Virus record (IMG/VR): IMGVR_UViG_3300026518_000010
DNA length: 64,000 nt
Reading direction: 5' to 3' (one strand)
Source of the DNA: an uncultured virus (IMG/VR IMGVR_UViG_3300026518_000010)
Taxonomy: Duplodnaviria; Heunggongvirae; Uroviricota; Caudoviricetes
Shown here: piece after piece, positions 18,897 to 28,331 of the stretch
Layout: the number at the start of each line of letters is the position of its first letter
Numbering within the stretch: the first letter of the stretch is position 1
The notes under the pieces: generated by a model
Databases searched by the model: none
Seen by the model: only the letters and a program-made list of their open reading frames with translations
Told to the model about the DNA's origin: nothing
Position numbers and translations under genes: made by a program

Positions 18897-19022
18897 TTTG
18901 ATTCTCCTTTAATATTGAATTATTAACACAATACTGTGTTCTATATAAGACATATAGTAGTAAAAAGAAATGATATTAAAAAGTATAAGGTACGTACCTT
19001 ATACTTTTATAAAATAAATATA

Positions 19023-20099
19023 TTATTTTTCCAAACTATCAAAAATAGATTTTGGTTCATAATCATTATCTGTAACACCAATCCACCCACTATATACTTC
19101 TGGTTGTTTATAAGCTATAGATTTCTTTTCAAAATTATTAGTCACATTTGATGTCTCATCATCTATTGCTGCATACTTATCTAAATGTTTATATGGATTT
19201 TTTCTATCTGGGAAAATAGGATCTAATCCAATCTCTTTTAATCTTTTATTAGCTAAGTAATATGTATAATCTTCAACTGTTTCATTAGACATACCTAAAA
19301 TATTATCTCCTATAGCGTGTCTACCAAAATTAAGTTCTTGTTCTACTGCTTTTTCAAATAACCCATAAACTATATCTTTATCAAAACTTTCAGGATTCTC
19401 TTCTCTAAATATTTTAATCATTTTAGCAAATGAAACACAATGATTTACTTCATCTCTTTTAATATAAGATATTTGTGTATTAGTAGCAGTCATAACTCCT
19501 CTATATGCTAAATTATGAAAGAACATAAATCCATTATAAAAATAAATACCTTCTAACATAAAATTAGCTATTAATAAAATAAAAAAAGATTTAGCATCAT
19601 CTTTATCTTTATATAATTCATAAAGTTCAGCTATGTACTTAACTCTTTCGTGTAAAACATCATCATCTCTCCATAAATACATAATCTCTCTTGCTTGCTC
19701 TATGTCTAACATTTCTGATAAGATATAACCATAAGATAAACTATGTATAGATTCATCAAACGTTTGTCTAACTAACCATAGCTTAGTTTCAGGGTCTGTA
19801 ACAAAACTTTCTATATTAGGTAGATTATTAGTTTGTACAGAATCTAAAAATACTAAATATGATAAAATAAGATTATAAGCTTGTATCTCATCATCTGTTA
19901 AAACATTAGTATATTGCATTTTATCATCGGACATATTAGATACCTCATCTGGTACCCAGTTATTACCCCATTGTGTATAAAATAGATTTTTAAAAAATCC
20001 ATATTTTAAATCTACTATATTAAATAGATTTGTAGTTTCTCCTCCAAATAGTTTTCTTTTACTATCATCTGCTGTTGGGTTAAATAATTTCTGTTTCAT
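19023..20099 (-). CDS. nrdB: Class I ribonucleotide reductase beta subunit
   Basis: NNWVPDEV, FLDSVQ, DESIHSLSY (radical Tyr), LEGIYFYNGF, RDEVNH di-metal ligands. Confidence 0.96.
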   Translation of the reverse strand: MKQKLFNPTADDSKRKLFGGETTNLFNIVDLKYGFFKNLFYTQWGNNWVPDEVSNMSDDKMQYTNVLTDDEIQAYNLILSYLVFLDSVQTNNLPNIESFVTDPETKLWLVRQTFDESIHSLSYGYILSEMLDIEQAREIMYLWRDDDVLHERVKYIAELYELYKDKDDAKSFFILLIANFMLEGIYFYNGFMFFHNLAYRGVMTATNTQISYIKRDEVNHCVSFAKMIKIFREENPESFDKDIVYGLFEKAVEQELNFGRHAIGDNILGMSNETVEDYTYYLANKRLKEIGLDPIFPDRKNPYKHLDKYAAIDDETSNVTNNFEKKSIAYKQPEVYSGWIGVTDNDYEPKSIFDSLEK

Positions 20100-20329
20100 T
20101 AGTTATCCTTTTCGAAAATTTTTATTTCAATTTTAGACATATCTCTTTTAGTTCTTTTTATAATGCTATTCATTTCACTTTCTAAAATACTTAATATTTC
20201 ATCAGTGGTTAATTCTTCATTTATGAAAAAATATACACTTCCTAAGTAACTATTATTATATTTAGTATTTTCATATATCTTTAATTCATAATCCCCAGAA
20301 TGGAGATTATTTTTATAAGTATTAGCCAT
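20099..20329 (-). CDS. Small hypothetical protein between nrdA and nrdB
   Basis: 76 aa, AAGGA RBS, stop overlaps nrdB start. Confidence 0.6.
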   Translation of the reverse strand: MANTYKNNLHSGDYELKIYENTKYNNSYLGSVYFFINEELTTDEILSILESEMNSIIKRTKRDMSKIEIKIFEKDN

Positions 20330-20338
20330 TAATTATCC

Positions 20339-22678
20339 TTAGTTAGCACAATCGCTACAACTACTTCCTCTATTATAATAAACTGCTTTTAACTCACCTT
20401 TATAAAAACCTTCCATTATAACCTGTACTAATTTACCAATATTAGCAGTATTTGTATTTAAGTTAACTTCCATACTTATACCAGTATCTATAAATGTTTG
20501 TAATGCTCTTGTAAATCTAACAATATCTTCTGGCATATATTGTATTCTAGTTTTATAATACCAATGTCTTTCTTTAAGAAACACAGGCATTAATGGAACT
20601 ACGATATTAGCAAGTTCTTGAGTACCGTCTCTTGTAAAAATAGGCAAATAACTAGGACTAACTCCCATAACAACTCCAGTAGAAGTATTCGGCGCTATTG
20701 CTAATAATAGAAAATTTCTTATACCGTGTTTTTTAATAGAGCACTGTACCTCTTTCCAGCTATAATTATTGCCTGTAATATCTTTACTAATATCATTAAG
20801 TCTACTTATATGTTCTCCGAATAGAGTTTTATAATTTTCTTTTCTAAACCAAGGATAAGGACTTAATTCTTTAGCTAACTCTATACTTGCTTTATAGGCA
20901 TAGTAAGATATTTTTTCAGTAATCTTCATACCGAATTTAATACCATCTGTTGTATTATAGTTTAATTTAAAATAAGCCATTACATCAGCTAACCCTAAAT
21001 AACCTAAACCTACATTTCTTAATCTTGCGGCTCCTAATTCTGCTTCTTTAATAGGGAATGTAGAATTATCTATAGATTTATCTAAAATTCTAACAGAAGT
21101 AGTTACAACATCTTTTATTCTATCTTCTATACTATCTAATGCTTTAAAAGGATCTGAAACAAATTCTTCTTTTAAAATAGGTTTTAACATTTCAACAAGA
21201 TTAATAGATGTTAAATTACAAGCGTGGTACATACCATTTGTTTCAATTGTCTTTCTACCATTTAAATCTACTTCTTCTTTCCATTTAGTAGGTGTCTTAA
21301 CAACACTGAAAGATTCTAAACATAAATTACCGCAAGAAGTTATTAATCTTCTATCGCCTTCTTCATATTTAAGATAATTAGATTTGTTTAAATTATCTTT
21401 ATCTACCATATAAATTTCACCAACTTCTACCCAATGCCAAAATACTTTCTTAATTAAAGCTCTAGCATTAACTCTTTTATAAGAAACGTTATTAGGCTCA
21501 TTTACTAACACACCATCTTCTATCATTTTTTCAATTTGTTTATAAGTAGCTTTTAATTCTTCACCAATTAATTCAGTTATATCTATCCCTGTTTTTTCTT
21601 TAAATATATACTGGTTTACTAAATACACATCTTCATTAGCAAAATACTTTTCAGCTAAGTAATTATCCATAATAACCTGTGGAAAAATATCAAAAGTCTT
21701 TTGTCTCATATCACCTTTTAATGTAGATTTAGCTTCCATAAAATCATAAATATCTAAATGCCACCAAGGTAACGCTATAGTTAAAGCTCCTTTTCTAGTT
21801 CCGCCTTGATTAACTGCAATAATAATATCATTAAGTATTTTAGTCCACTTAGTAATACTATTAGATCTTTTAATTTTATCCGAATATGTATTAGCAGGTC
21901 TAACTTTTGATAAATCCCATCCTACACCACCACCTGCTCTACTAATAGAAGATATATCAGCCCAAGATTTAATAAGTCCTGTTAATGTGTCTGGATTTGA
22001 ACCAATAAAACAACTACCTGTATTACCATTAGGTCTTCTTAGATTGCTTAGGAACGGCGTAGCTAAAGAAATAACCATATTTGATAATTTACTATAATAA
22101 TCAAAAAACTCTTCTCTAGTGCTAGCTAAGATAACCGCGTTAGCTAAATGAATCATAAATGGATATTCTATAGGACCATTTTGACTTTTAATAAGATACT
22201 TGTCTAACAATATTAATACTTGTGATACTTTTTTATTAAAATCTGGATTATTATAATTTATATCTTTCCAACTTCCATAATTAATATCTTTTTCAGTAAT
22301 ATTAAATTTATTTAATTTTTCTCTAATTTCTTTTTTATAATAACCATTATCTACTAAGTAATCTAATAAAATTCTCCATTCAGAAAATCTAATATTTACA
22401 TTTTTATAAACTGTTCCATAAATATCCCACATAGCAATTCTACCAGATACTAGATTCCAATCAGGTTCCTCTGCTGAAACTTTTGATTTAGATAAATTAA
22501 TCAATGCTGCTTGAATATCAGTAGTCTTAATACCATCTTTAAAATACATTTTAAGAGAAGCTTCAAATTCTATAGGATTAATATCAGTATTTTTACAAGC
22601 AAAATTTATTTGTTTTTTGATTTTACTTAAGTCAAACTTTTCTACTTTTCCGTTTCTTTTAACAATATTTATATTCAT
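20339..22678 (-). CDS. nrdA: Class Ia ribonucleotide reductase alpha subunit with ATP cone
   Basis: IVKRNG ATP cone, ATPFLSN, GSCF, GGGVG, NLCLE, ACNLTSINL, AIAPN, YY and terminal CSDC. Confidence 0.96.
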   Translation of the reverse strand: MNINIVKRNGKVEKFDLSKIKKQINFACKNTDINPIEFEASLKMYFKDGIKTTDIQAALINLSKSKVSAEEPDWNLVSGRIAMWDIYGTVYKNVNIRFSEWRILLDYLVDNGYYKKEIREKLNKFNITEKDINYGSWKDINYNNPDFNKKVSQVLILLDKYLIKSQNGPIEYPFMIHLANAVILASTREEFFDYYSKLSNMVISLATPFLSNLRRPNGNTGSCFIGSNPDTLTGLIKSWADISSISRAGGGVGWDLSKVRPANTYSDKIKRSNSITKWTKILNDIIIAVNQGGTRKGALTIALPWWHLDIYDFMEAKSTLKGDMRQKTFDIFPQVIMDNYLAEKYFANEDVYLVNQYIFKEKTGIDITELIGEELKATYKQIEKMIEDGVLVNEPNNVSYKRVNARALIKKVFWHWVEVGEIYMVDKDNLNKSNYLKYEEGDRRLITSCGNLCLESFSVVKTPTKWKEEVDLNGRKTIETNGMYHACNLTSINLVEMLKPILKEEFVSDPFKALDSIEDRIKDVVTTSVRILDKSIDNSTFPIKEAELGAARLRNVGLGYLGLADVMAYFKLNYNTTDGIKFGMKITEKISYYAYKASIELAKELSPYPWFRKENYKTLFGEHISRLNDISKDITGNNYSWKEVQCSIKKHGIRNFLLLAIAPNTSTGVVMGVSPSYLPIFTRDGTQELANIVVPLMPVFLKERHWYYKTRIQYMPEDIVRFTRALQTFIDTGISMEVNLNTNTANIGKLVQVIMEGFYKGELKAVYYNRGSSCSDCAN

Positions 22679-22747
22679 TTTTTCTCCTTTATGTTCTGTT
22701 CAATTTAACGCAATCGGGATAAAAAAAGTACGAGTAAAAACTCGTAC

Positions 22748-23845
22748 TTAAAATTTATATTTTAATCCAAAATACAGCACATTATTTATCTTTTTATTAC
22801 TTGTTTCGTAATAATTTAAAGTATTAGGTTTAATAACTTTATTATTAGTTAAATATTTATATCTAAATAACATAGTTAGTCTACTATTAATAAATATTTT
22901 CTCTGAGAATATAAAATTATATCCTATATCAGAATATCCATAACCAGTATATGGATCACCAAAAGAAAAATTAATATAATTGTCATAAATCCTTTTAACT
23001 ATAAATGTGGAAACTACTTCTTTATTAAAATAATATAGATTATTAAAATTACTAATTCCTAAACTAATAGATTTACCTAATTTATTTTTAATATATTCTT
23101 TATTACCATTATCTGGTTTAGATAATTCTAATATAGCGAAGTATATATTATTATTAGTATTAAAATTACCATATTTATATCCTAAAGTAAATAAATTTAA
23201 ATTACCATAAAATTTATTATTAATATAAAACTTAATTCTATAAATATCATTTTCTATTTTATTATCTTTATTGTTATATTTATTTATAATAAATATACCT
23301 TTACTACCTTTTAAAGAATACTCAGTATCTCCTTTAGACATAGGGTAATTTTTACTTAATTTAATATCTGTGTTTAAAAGCAAATCTTTTACACCATATC
23401 CTATTATATTTGTAAATTTATCGTGTTTATATGCTAAAAACATTCCAGTAATATTTATACTAGTAGTTCCGCCTATTCCATTACCTTTAGCAGAATATAG
23501 TTCTGTATTATCATTTATATCGCCATAGTTAAAAGGTAATATACCTAATGTAACAGAGAAAACATTATTTAATTTAAACTCAGCAGACAATTGTCTTATT
23601 GATAAAAACGTAGATGAATTATAAGGTTGGTTTAAATTTGTATTAGAATAATACTTACTATTTTTAACTAAAATAAAATCTCCCACATATAAATTATTAC
23701 TATCGTTTTTAATTAATACTGTTTCTAACTTACCTTGTTTATTAGTATAATGCTTATTATATGTTGCTGCTGCTGTTAAATAATTAGTTATATCCATAGC
23801 TCTACTCGAAATAATAACTAAAATTAAAATTATTAATGCTTTCAT
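22748..23845 (-). CDS. Predicted outer-membrane beta-barrel protein
   Basis: Signal peptide, alternating aromatic/hydrophobic strands, C-terminal beta-signal YFGLKYKF. Confidence 0.7.
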   Translation of the reverse strand: MKALIILILVIISSRAMDITNYLTAAATYNKHYTNKQGKLETVLIKNDSNNLYVGDFILVKNSKYYSNTNLNQPYNSSTFLSIRQLSAEFKLNNVFSVTLGILPFNYGDINDNTELYSAKGNGIGGTTSINITGMFLAYKHDKFTNIIGYGVKDLLLNTDIKLSKNYPMSKGDTEYSLKGSKGIFIINKYNNKDNKIENDIYRIKFYINNKFYGNLNLFTLGYKYGNFNTNNNIYFAILELSKPDNGNKEYIKNKLGKSISLGISNFNNLYYFNKEVVSTFIVKRIYDNYINFSFGDPYTGYGYSDIGYNFIFSEKIFINSRLTMLFRYKYLTNNKVIKPNTLNYYETSNKKINNVLYFGLKYKF

Positions 23846-24096
23846 TTCGTACTCCTTAATGTAGTTCCTATTGTAACATTAGGGATAATAAAACATTTAT
23901 TACATATATAGTAAGTGTCATTATTGTCAATATGTTTATTACTATACATATTTAATAAATTATAATTACATATCCTCTTCCATCCTATTATAGAATGTAT
24001 ATCTTTGTTTATATTATATTTACTTAATAATCTATTACATTTAATGTCGGCATTAGAATAAACTAAGAACAACATAGTCATAATTATTTTTTTCAT
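23842..24096 (-). CDS. Small secreted Cys-containing protein
   Basis: Signal peptide ending SNA; four Cys; ATGA-coupled to neighbours on both sides. Confidence 0.7.
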   Translation of the reverse strand: MKKIIMTMLFLVYSNADIKCNRLLSKYNINKDIHSIIGWKRICNYNLLNMYSNKHIDNNDTYYICNKCFIIPNVTIGTTLRSTK

Positions 24097-25436
24097 TTAG
24101 ACTCCTTCACACTGTTTACTAACAAGTCTATTATAAATACAGTACCTTTATTAGATGTAGTGTAAACATATATATCACCACCAGCATCTCTCAAGATTTC
24201 TCTAGTTATATAAAGACCAAATCCTCTATATGAATTTAATACCTCATCTTTCTTATTTTTATCTTTATTAAAAAATTTCATTATCTTAGTTTTAAAAGAC
24301 CCATAATTATTTACTTCATCAATAGCCTTCATATTCTCTTGAACTTCTTCTTTTGTACTATAACCTAATTGAAATATTTTATCATAATCGCCATCTTCTA
24401 CATTTTTAATACCGCTACCATTATCTGTTAATATTAATGATAATATTTTACTATTAGTATCGTATCTAGAATCGACTACTATAGTAGTAGCGCCTGCTTC
24501 TAATGAGTTTTTTATTTGGTTATTTAATATATTTAATAACGTTCCGTTATCTAACTTACTAGCTTTTACTGATTTTAATAATTCTTGATTTTTAATTTCA
24601 TAATCAAAAGTAAATGAAAAATGTGATAACTTAAGTGATTTTATAGTTGTTAATATTATATCGTATAAATCTTTACTATTAACATTATATTTGGTTTTCT
24701 TATTTGTAGACATTTGTTCTAAAACAGATTCTAGTCTTTCAATATTGCTATCTAATAATGGAAAATAATCTGTATATTCTTGTGTTAATAATCTAAATTT
24801 ACAAGTATAACAATTTGAATTTTTACTAATATTTGCCATTGATTTTACAGAAGGAGTTGTTTCTTTTAATTGCATTATAGATGTTTTAATAACTTCCACA
24901 GGAACTGTCATTTCGTGATACGCAGATTCTGCTGTTATATTTTGTAGCCTACCTTCTAACTTTGATTTATTAATAAACATTTCTAGATCTTTATTTTTCT
25001 CTTCTAAAAACTTACTTTTAAAATAATAGAAATGATAACCTAATAATATTAATAAAGCTATTACTATATCTTCTCTAATAGAAAATATATAAAAATTATC
25101 TAATTTAGGAACTATGTGTATATTTGTATCTTGTATAGTATATCTGTTATATATATACCTTTCTATTATAGATAAATTATTTATATTCATACTTGTTTCT
25201 TTTAGTACGTCATTTACAGGGCTATATAATATTTTATTTTTAGAAATATATTCACAATTTACGATATTGCATATTAGATTTAAATCAGGCCCATTAGTTT
25301 TAACAATAGACTCTACTCTATTATTATTATAAGTAAAAAAAGATTTAAAATTTATATATGTAACTACTACATTAACGATAATAATCAATAATAGTATATT
25401 AATCAATTCCTTTAAATAAGTACTTTTAAATTTCAT
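24093..25436 (-). CDS. Membrane-bound sensor histidine kinase
   Basis: Two TM helices around a periplasmic loop; H-box ESAYHEMTVPV, N-box NNQIKNSLEA, G1 DNGSGI, F-box IFQLGYSTK, G2 GFGLYI. Confidence 0.93.
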   Translation of the reverse strand: MKFKSTYLKELINILLLIIIVNVVVTYINFKSFFTYNNNRVESIVKTNGPDLNLICNIVNCEYISKNKILYSPVNDVLKETSMNINNLSIIERYIYNRYTIQDTNIHIVPKLDNFYIFSIREDIVIALLILLGYHFYYFKSKFLEEKNKDLEMFINKSKLEGRLQNITAESAYHEMTVPVEVIKTSIMQLKETTPSVKSMANISKNSNCYTCKFRLLTQEYTDYFPLLDSNIERLESVLEQMSTNKKTKYNVNSKDLYDIILTTIKSLKLSHFSFTFDYEIKNQELLKSVKASKLDNGTLLNILNNQIKNSLEAGATTIVVDSRYDTNSKILSLILTDNGSGIKNVEDGDYDKIFQLGYSTKEEVQENMKAIDEVNNYGSFKTKIMKFFNKDKNKKDEVLNSYRGFGLYITREILRDAGGDIYVYTTSNKGTVFIIDLLVNSVKESK

Positions 25437-25486
25437 TAAATCCTCCTTATAAGGTTAATAATTAATCAAAATAAATTAAAAAAAAA

Positions 25487-25513
25487 TACTAAACACGAGT
25501 TACGTGTTTAGTA
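25487..25513 (-). terminator. Intrinsic terminator between receiver gene and kinase operon
   Basis: TACTAAACACG/CGTGTTTAGTA hairpin plus T-run on minus strand. Confidence 0.75.
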
Positions 25514-25515
25514 AA

Positions 25516-26193
25516 TTACTTATTTTTTAAAGATTCTTTATAAGTACGGTACATGTCTAATATAAATTTCTTTCTATTTGATTTTTTACCAAAAAAATAA
25601 TCTTCTATTTTATAATTAGTAGCATTTTCAAATTTAGTTATAAATTTCTTAATTTCTGCATTATCTCTACTTAATCTATGAGCAGAACAAAACCTTACAT
25701 CACAATTCGGATACTTTTTAAATATATCAACTGCTACATCTACTCCGTCACATCTAACAATAGTCCCATCTTCTATCTTATACATTTTACCTAACGTTAT
25801 ATCCAAAATAGCTAATACTAATTCATCTTTGCTATTTTTAACATATTTCTTAGCTATAAATCCAGCATCATCTCCTACACATTTTACTATTTTAAAATCT
25901 TTTTTAATATCTATGCCTGTGGCTTTTTTAATGTCCTCAAAATCTCTTTCATATAGATAAAATGTTTCTGGTAAATCATCCATGATTAAAAAACTACAAG
26001 AAGAATCAATATTTCCATCTACATATGGATCTGGGAAATTATCTAAAGAAAATTCTGGTATACTTTTATCTATTTCATCCGGTAACACTATATTATTTAA
26101 TTTCTTTTTTTTATACTCTTTCTTTCCAGTATCTTTATCTCTAATCCTATTAAATAAATTTAAAAATCTTTTAAACATCTTATCCTCCAACAT
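25516..26193 (-). CDS. Stand-alone response-regulator receiver protein with N-terminal extension
   Basis: FLIMDD acidic pair, AILDITL phospho-acceptor Asp, DGVDV, FCSAH, FGK; no output domain. Confidence 0.8.
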   Translation of the reverse strand: MLEDKMFKRFLNLFNRIRDKDTGKKEYKKKKLNNIVLPDEIDKSIPEFSLDNFPDPYVDGNIDSSCSFLIMDDLPETFYLYERDFEDIKKATGIDIKKDFKIVKCVGDDAGFIAKKYVKNSKDELVLAILDITLGKMYKIEDGTIVRCDGVDVAVDIFKKYPNCDVRFCSAHRLSRDNAEIKKFITKFENATNYKIEDYFFGKKSNRKKFILDMYRTYKESLKNK

Positions 26194-26653
26194 TACTAAT
26201 TGTTTTTAATATCTTACCAGTTTCTTCTGGTAAAAAATGAACCATACCTACACCAATACCTATTAAAATAATTACAAAAGTAGGTATTAATACTATTGGA
26301 CTAGTAAGTGCATTAATTATTCTTTCTTTAATAGTCGATCCACCTTTTCGATCATCTATAATTTTTTTAACTAACCTATCCTGTTTTTCAATTATATCAC
26401 TAGTTAATTTAAGAACTTCATCGTAACTAGTAACTAACACTTCTTTAGTATGTTTAGCAGCTGTTACATTATTAGTATGTAGTATAATCAGTAATTCTTT
26501 TAGATCATTAGTTACTTCTTTCATTGCGTATATTTCTTTTATTAATTCTGTATTATCCATACTATCATTAGTTATATGTATACTAAGTAACTCTGACCTT
26601 AACTTATCTATTTTATCTCTTAATTCTATATTTTCTTCTACTATTTTTTCCAT
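26180..26653 (-). CDS. Coiled-coil protein with C-terminal TM helix
   Basis: Heptad-rich N-terminal part, hydrophobic helix near C-terminus. Confidence 0.7.
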   Translation of the reverse strand: MEKIVEENIELRDKIDKLRSELLSIHITNDSMDNTELIKEIYAMKEVTNDLKELLIILHTNNVTAAKHTKEVLVTSYDEVLKLTSDIIEKQDRLVKKIIDDRKGGSTIKERIINALTSPIVLIPTFVIILIGIGVGMVHFLPEETGKILKTISNVGG

Positions 26654-26668
26654 TTTAAACCCTTTATA

Positions 26669-27274
26669 TTAATTAGGTAAATTATTATTATCAGACTCAA
26701 CCACTACATTAAACGGTACATATATATTACTTAATTCTTTCTTAAATAATAGATTTAAATTTTTAATAAACCATATTTTTTTATCTGTTTTTATCAAACC
26801 TAACATAAATGCTAAATCATTAGGAGAAATTGATTCCGGTTTAACTTTCCATATTACCTCATTGTCAATACCACCTAGTTGTATTGCTTTAGTACAAGAC
26901 TCAGAACAAAACCATTCAAGTGGGTTATCAATTCCTAATGGGAATATCTGAGATAAAAATATTCCTTTGTAATCATATTTAGAACCTTCCAATATTTTAA
27001 AAAATCTTTGAATATGCTCTACAGATTTAACATTAATTTCTTTATAATCATAAATGTTAGAATTAAAAATGTGTCTTTTACATCTTACAGTATTTTTAGT
27101 ACCTAAAGCTGAGCACATTGTAGCTTTACCTGTTTCAGTATCAAATATAATTAATTCAACGTGTGAATATGGTCCATTAGTCCATACTCCTATAACCCTA
27201 GCTTGAAAAGTAGAGTTATCGTTATTCCAAGCTTTATAAAAAGCTAAATAAACTTTATAATTTTTATTATTCAT
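26669..27274 (-). CDS. Permuted papain-like NlpC/P60 (YiiX/YebB-like) enzyme
   Basis: GPYSHVEL His motif precedes KYD and WFCSE Cys motif; ISPNDL. Confidence 0.8.
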   Translation of the reverse strand: MNNKNYKVYLAFYKAWNNDNSTFQARVIGVWTNGPYSHVELIIFDTETGKATMCSALGTKNTVRCKRHIFNSNIYDYKEINVKSVEHIQRFFKILEGSKYDYKGIFLSQIFPLGIDNPLEWFCSESCTKAIQLGGIDNEVIWKVKPESISPNDLAFMLGLIKTDKKIWFIKNLNLLFKKELSNIYVPFNVVVESDNNNLPN

Positions 27275-27353
27275 AATAAATCCTTTTTTTAATCGATATA
27301 ATTAATCAACCTAAAATAAAAAATAATTGTACACTAAGGAAAGATCCTTAGTG

Positions 27354-28226
27354 TTATTTAACTAGCGCATTAAATACTTCATTTACTTTTTCTGGAGTAG
27401 GGTTTTTAGCCACTTTATTGGCTTCCAATAGAGCTTCGATAGCTTCTTTGGGAGATTTTAAGAATAACGCTTTTACGGCTACTCTATATTCATCAATCAT
27501 AGCAGCCATTGTACCAGTTTTTTTACTCCATTCGTCATTTTTACTAACAATCATTTTAGCATAATCTTCTATAGTAATACCTAATTTACTAGCACCTATA
27601 TTTAATATATTCCCTATTTTAGGATCTTTATTTTTTAAATATGCTTTAGCCAAGTTAGTTTTAATATCATATCTTTGTTCTAAAAATAACGATATTTGTT
27701 TTTTATTAATAATATTACCTACAGCTGCTTTTTGATATTCGTCTGCTAACTTAGTAGTAATAATATCGAAACTACTTTCGCCTAATCCTATCAATTCTTC
27801 AGCAGAAACATCTTCAACAGTAATATCTTTAAATTCTTCCTGTAGTTTATTATTAACATAAGTTTCCATACTAGGAATATCTTTATTATTTTTAATTAAT
27901 TCTTTACATTCATCTGTAAGCTCTCTATCTTCTAACGGTAATTCCATTTCAGTTATAGTTTTAATTGGCATATAACATTCTGGTTTAAATAATTTTTTAC
28001 CATTTTCAGTAAGAGTATATACAGCAAATTTTTCATTATAAAAACCTGCTGCATTCATATATTTATCCGCATATTCGTTTTCTATTTCTTTTTTTCTTAA
28101 TTTAACTTTTTTACAAAGTACTTCGTATTGTAAAGCAGTATAAAAAGCTTTTGGGTTATTATTTTCTAAAGCTTGTTTTAGCTTATTAACAACATTACAA
28201 GATTGTTTAAAAGTGTTAATATCCAT
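27354..28226 (-). CDS. Putative tail-fibre assembly/chaperone protein (paralog of 35383-36162)
   Basis: Follows fibre gene; shares FKPECY, RY.IK.NLA and W.....ID..R segments with paralog. Confidence 0.55.
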   Translation of the reverse strand: MDINTFKQSCNVVNKLKQALENNNPKAFYTALQYEVLCKKVKLRKKEIENEYADKYMNAAGFYNEKFAVYTLTENGKKLFKPECYMPIKTITEMELPLEDRELTDECKELIKNNKDIPSMETYVNNKLQEEFKDITVEDVSAEELIGLGESSFDIITTKLADEYQKAAVGNIINKKQISLFLEQRYDIKTNLAKAYLKNKDPKIGNILNIGASKLGITIEDYAKMIVSKNDEWSKKTGTMAAMIDEYRVAVKALFLKSPKEAIEALLEANKVAKNPTPEKVNEVFNALVK

Positions 28227-28299
28227 TGTATATCCTTTAAATAATGTATAGGTTTAACCTATCAAACAATTCAACTATTTTTAACAAGTAATAAATATA

Positions 28300-28328
28300 T
28301 TATAACAGAAGAAATTCTTCTGTTATAA
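28300..28328. terminator. Palindromic terminator
   Basis: 14-bp inverted repeat TTATAACAGAAGAA/TTCTTCTGTTATAA. Confidence 0.7.
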
Positions 28329-28331
28329 CGA

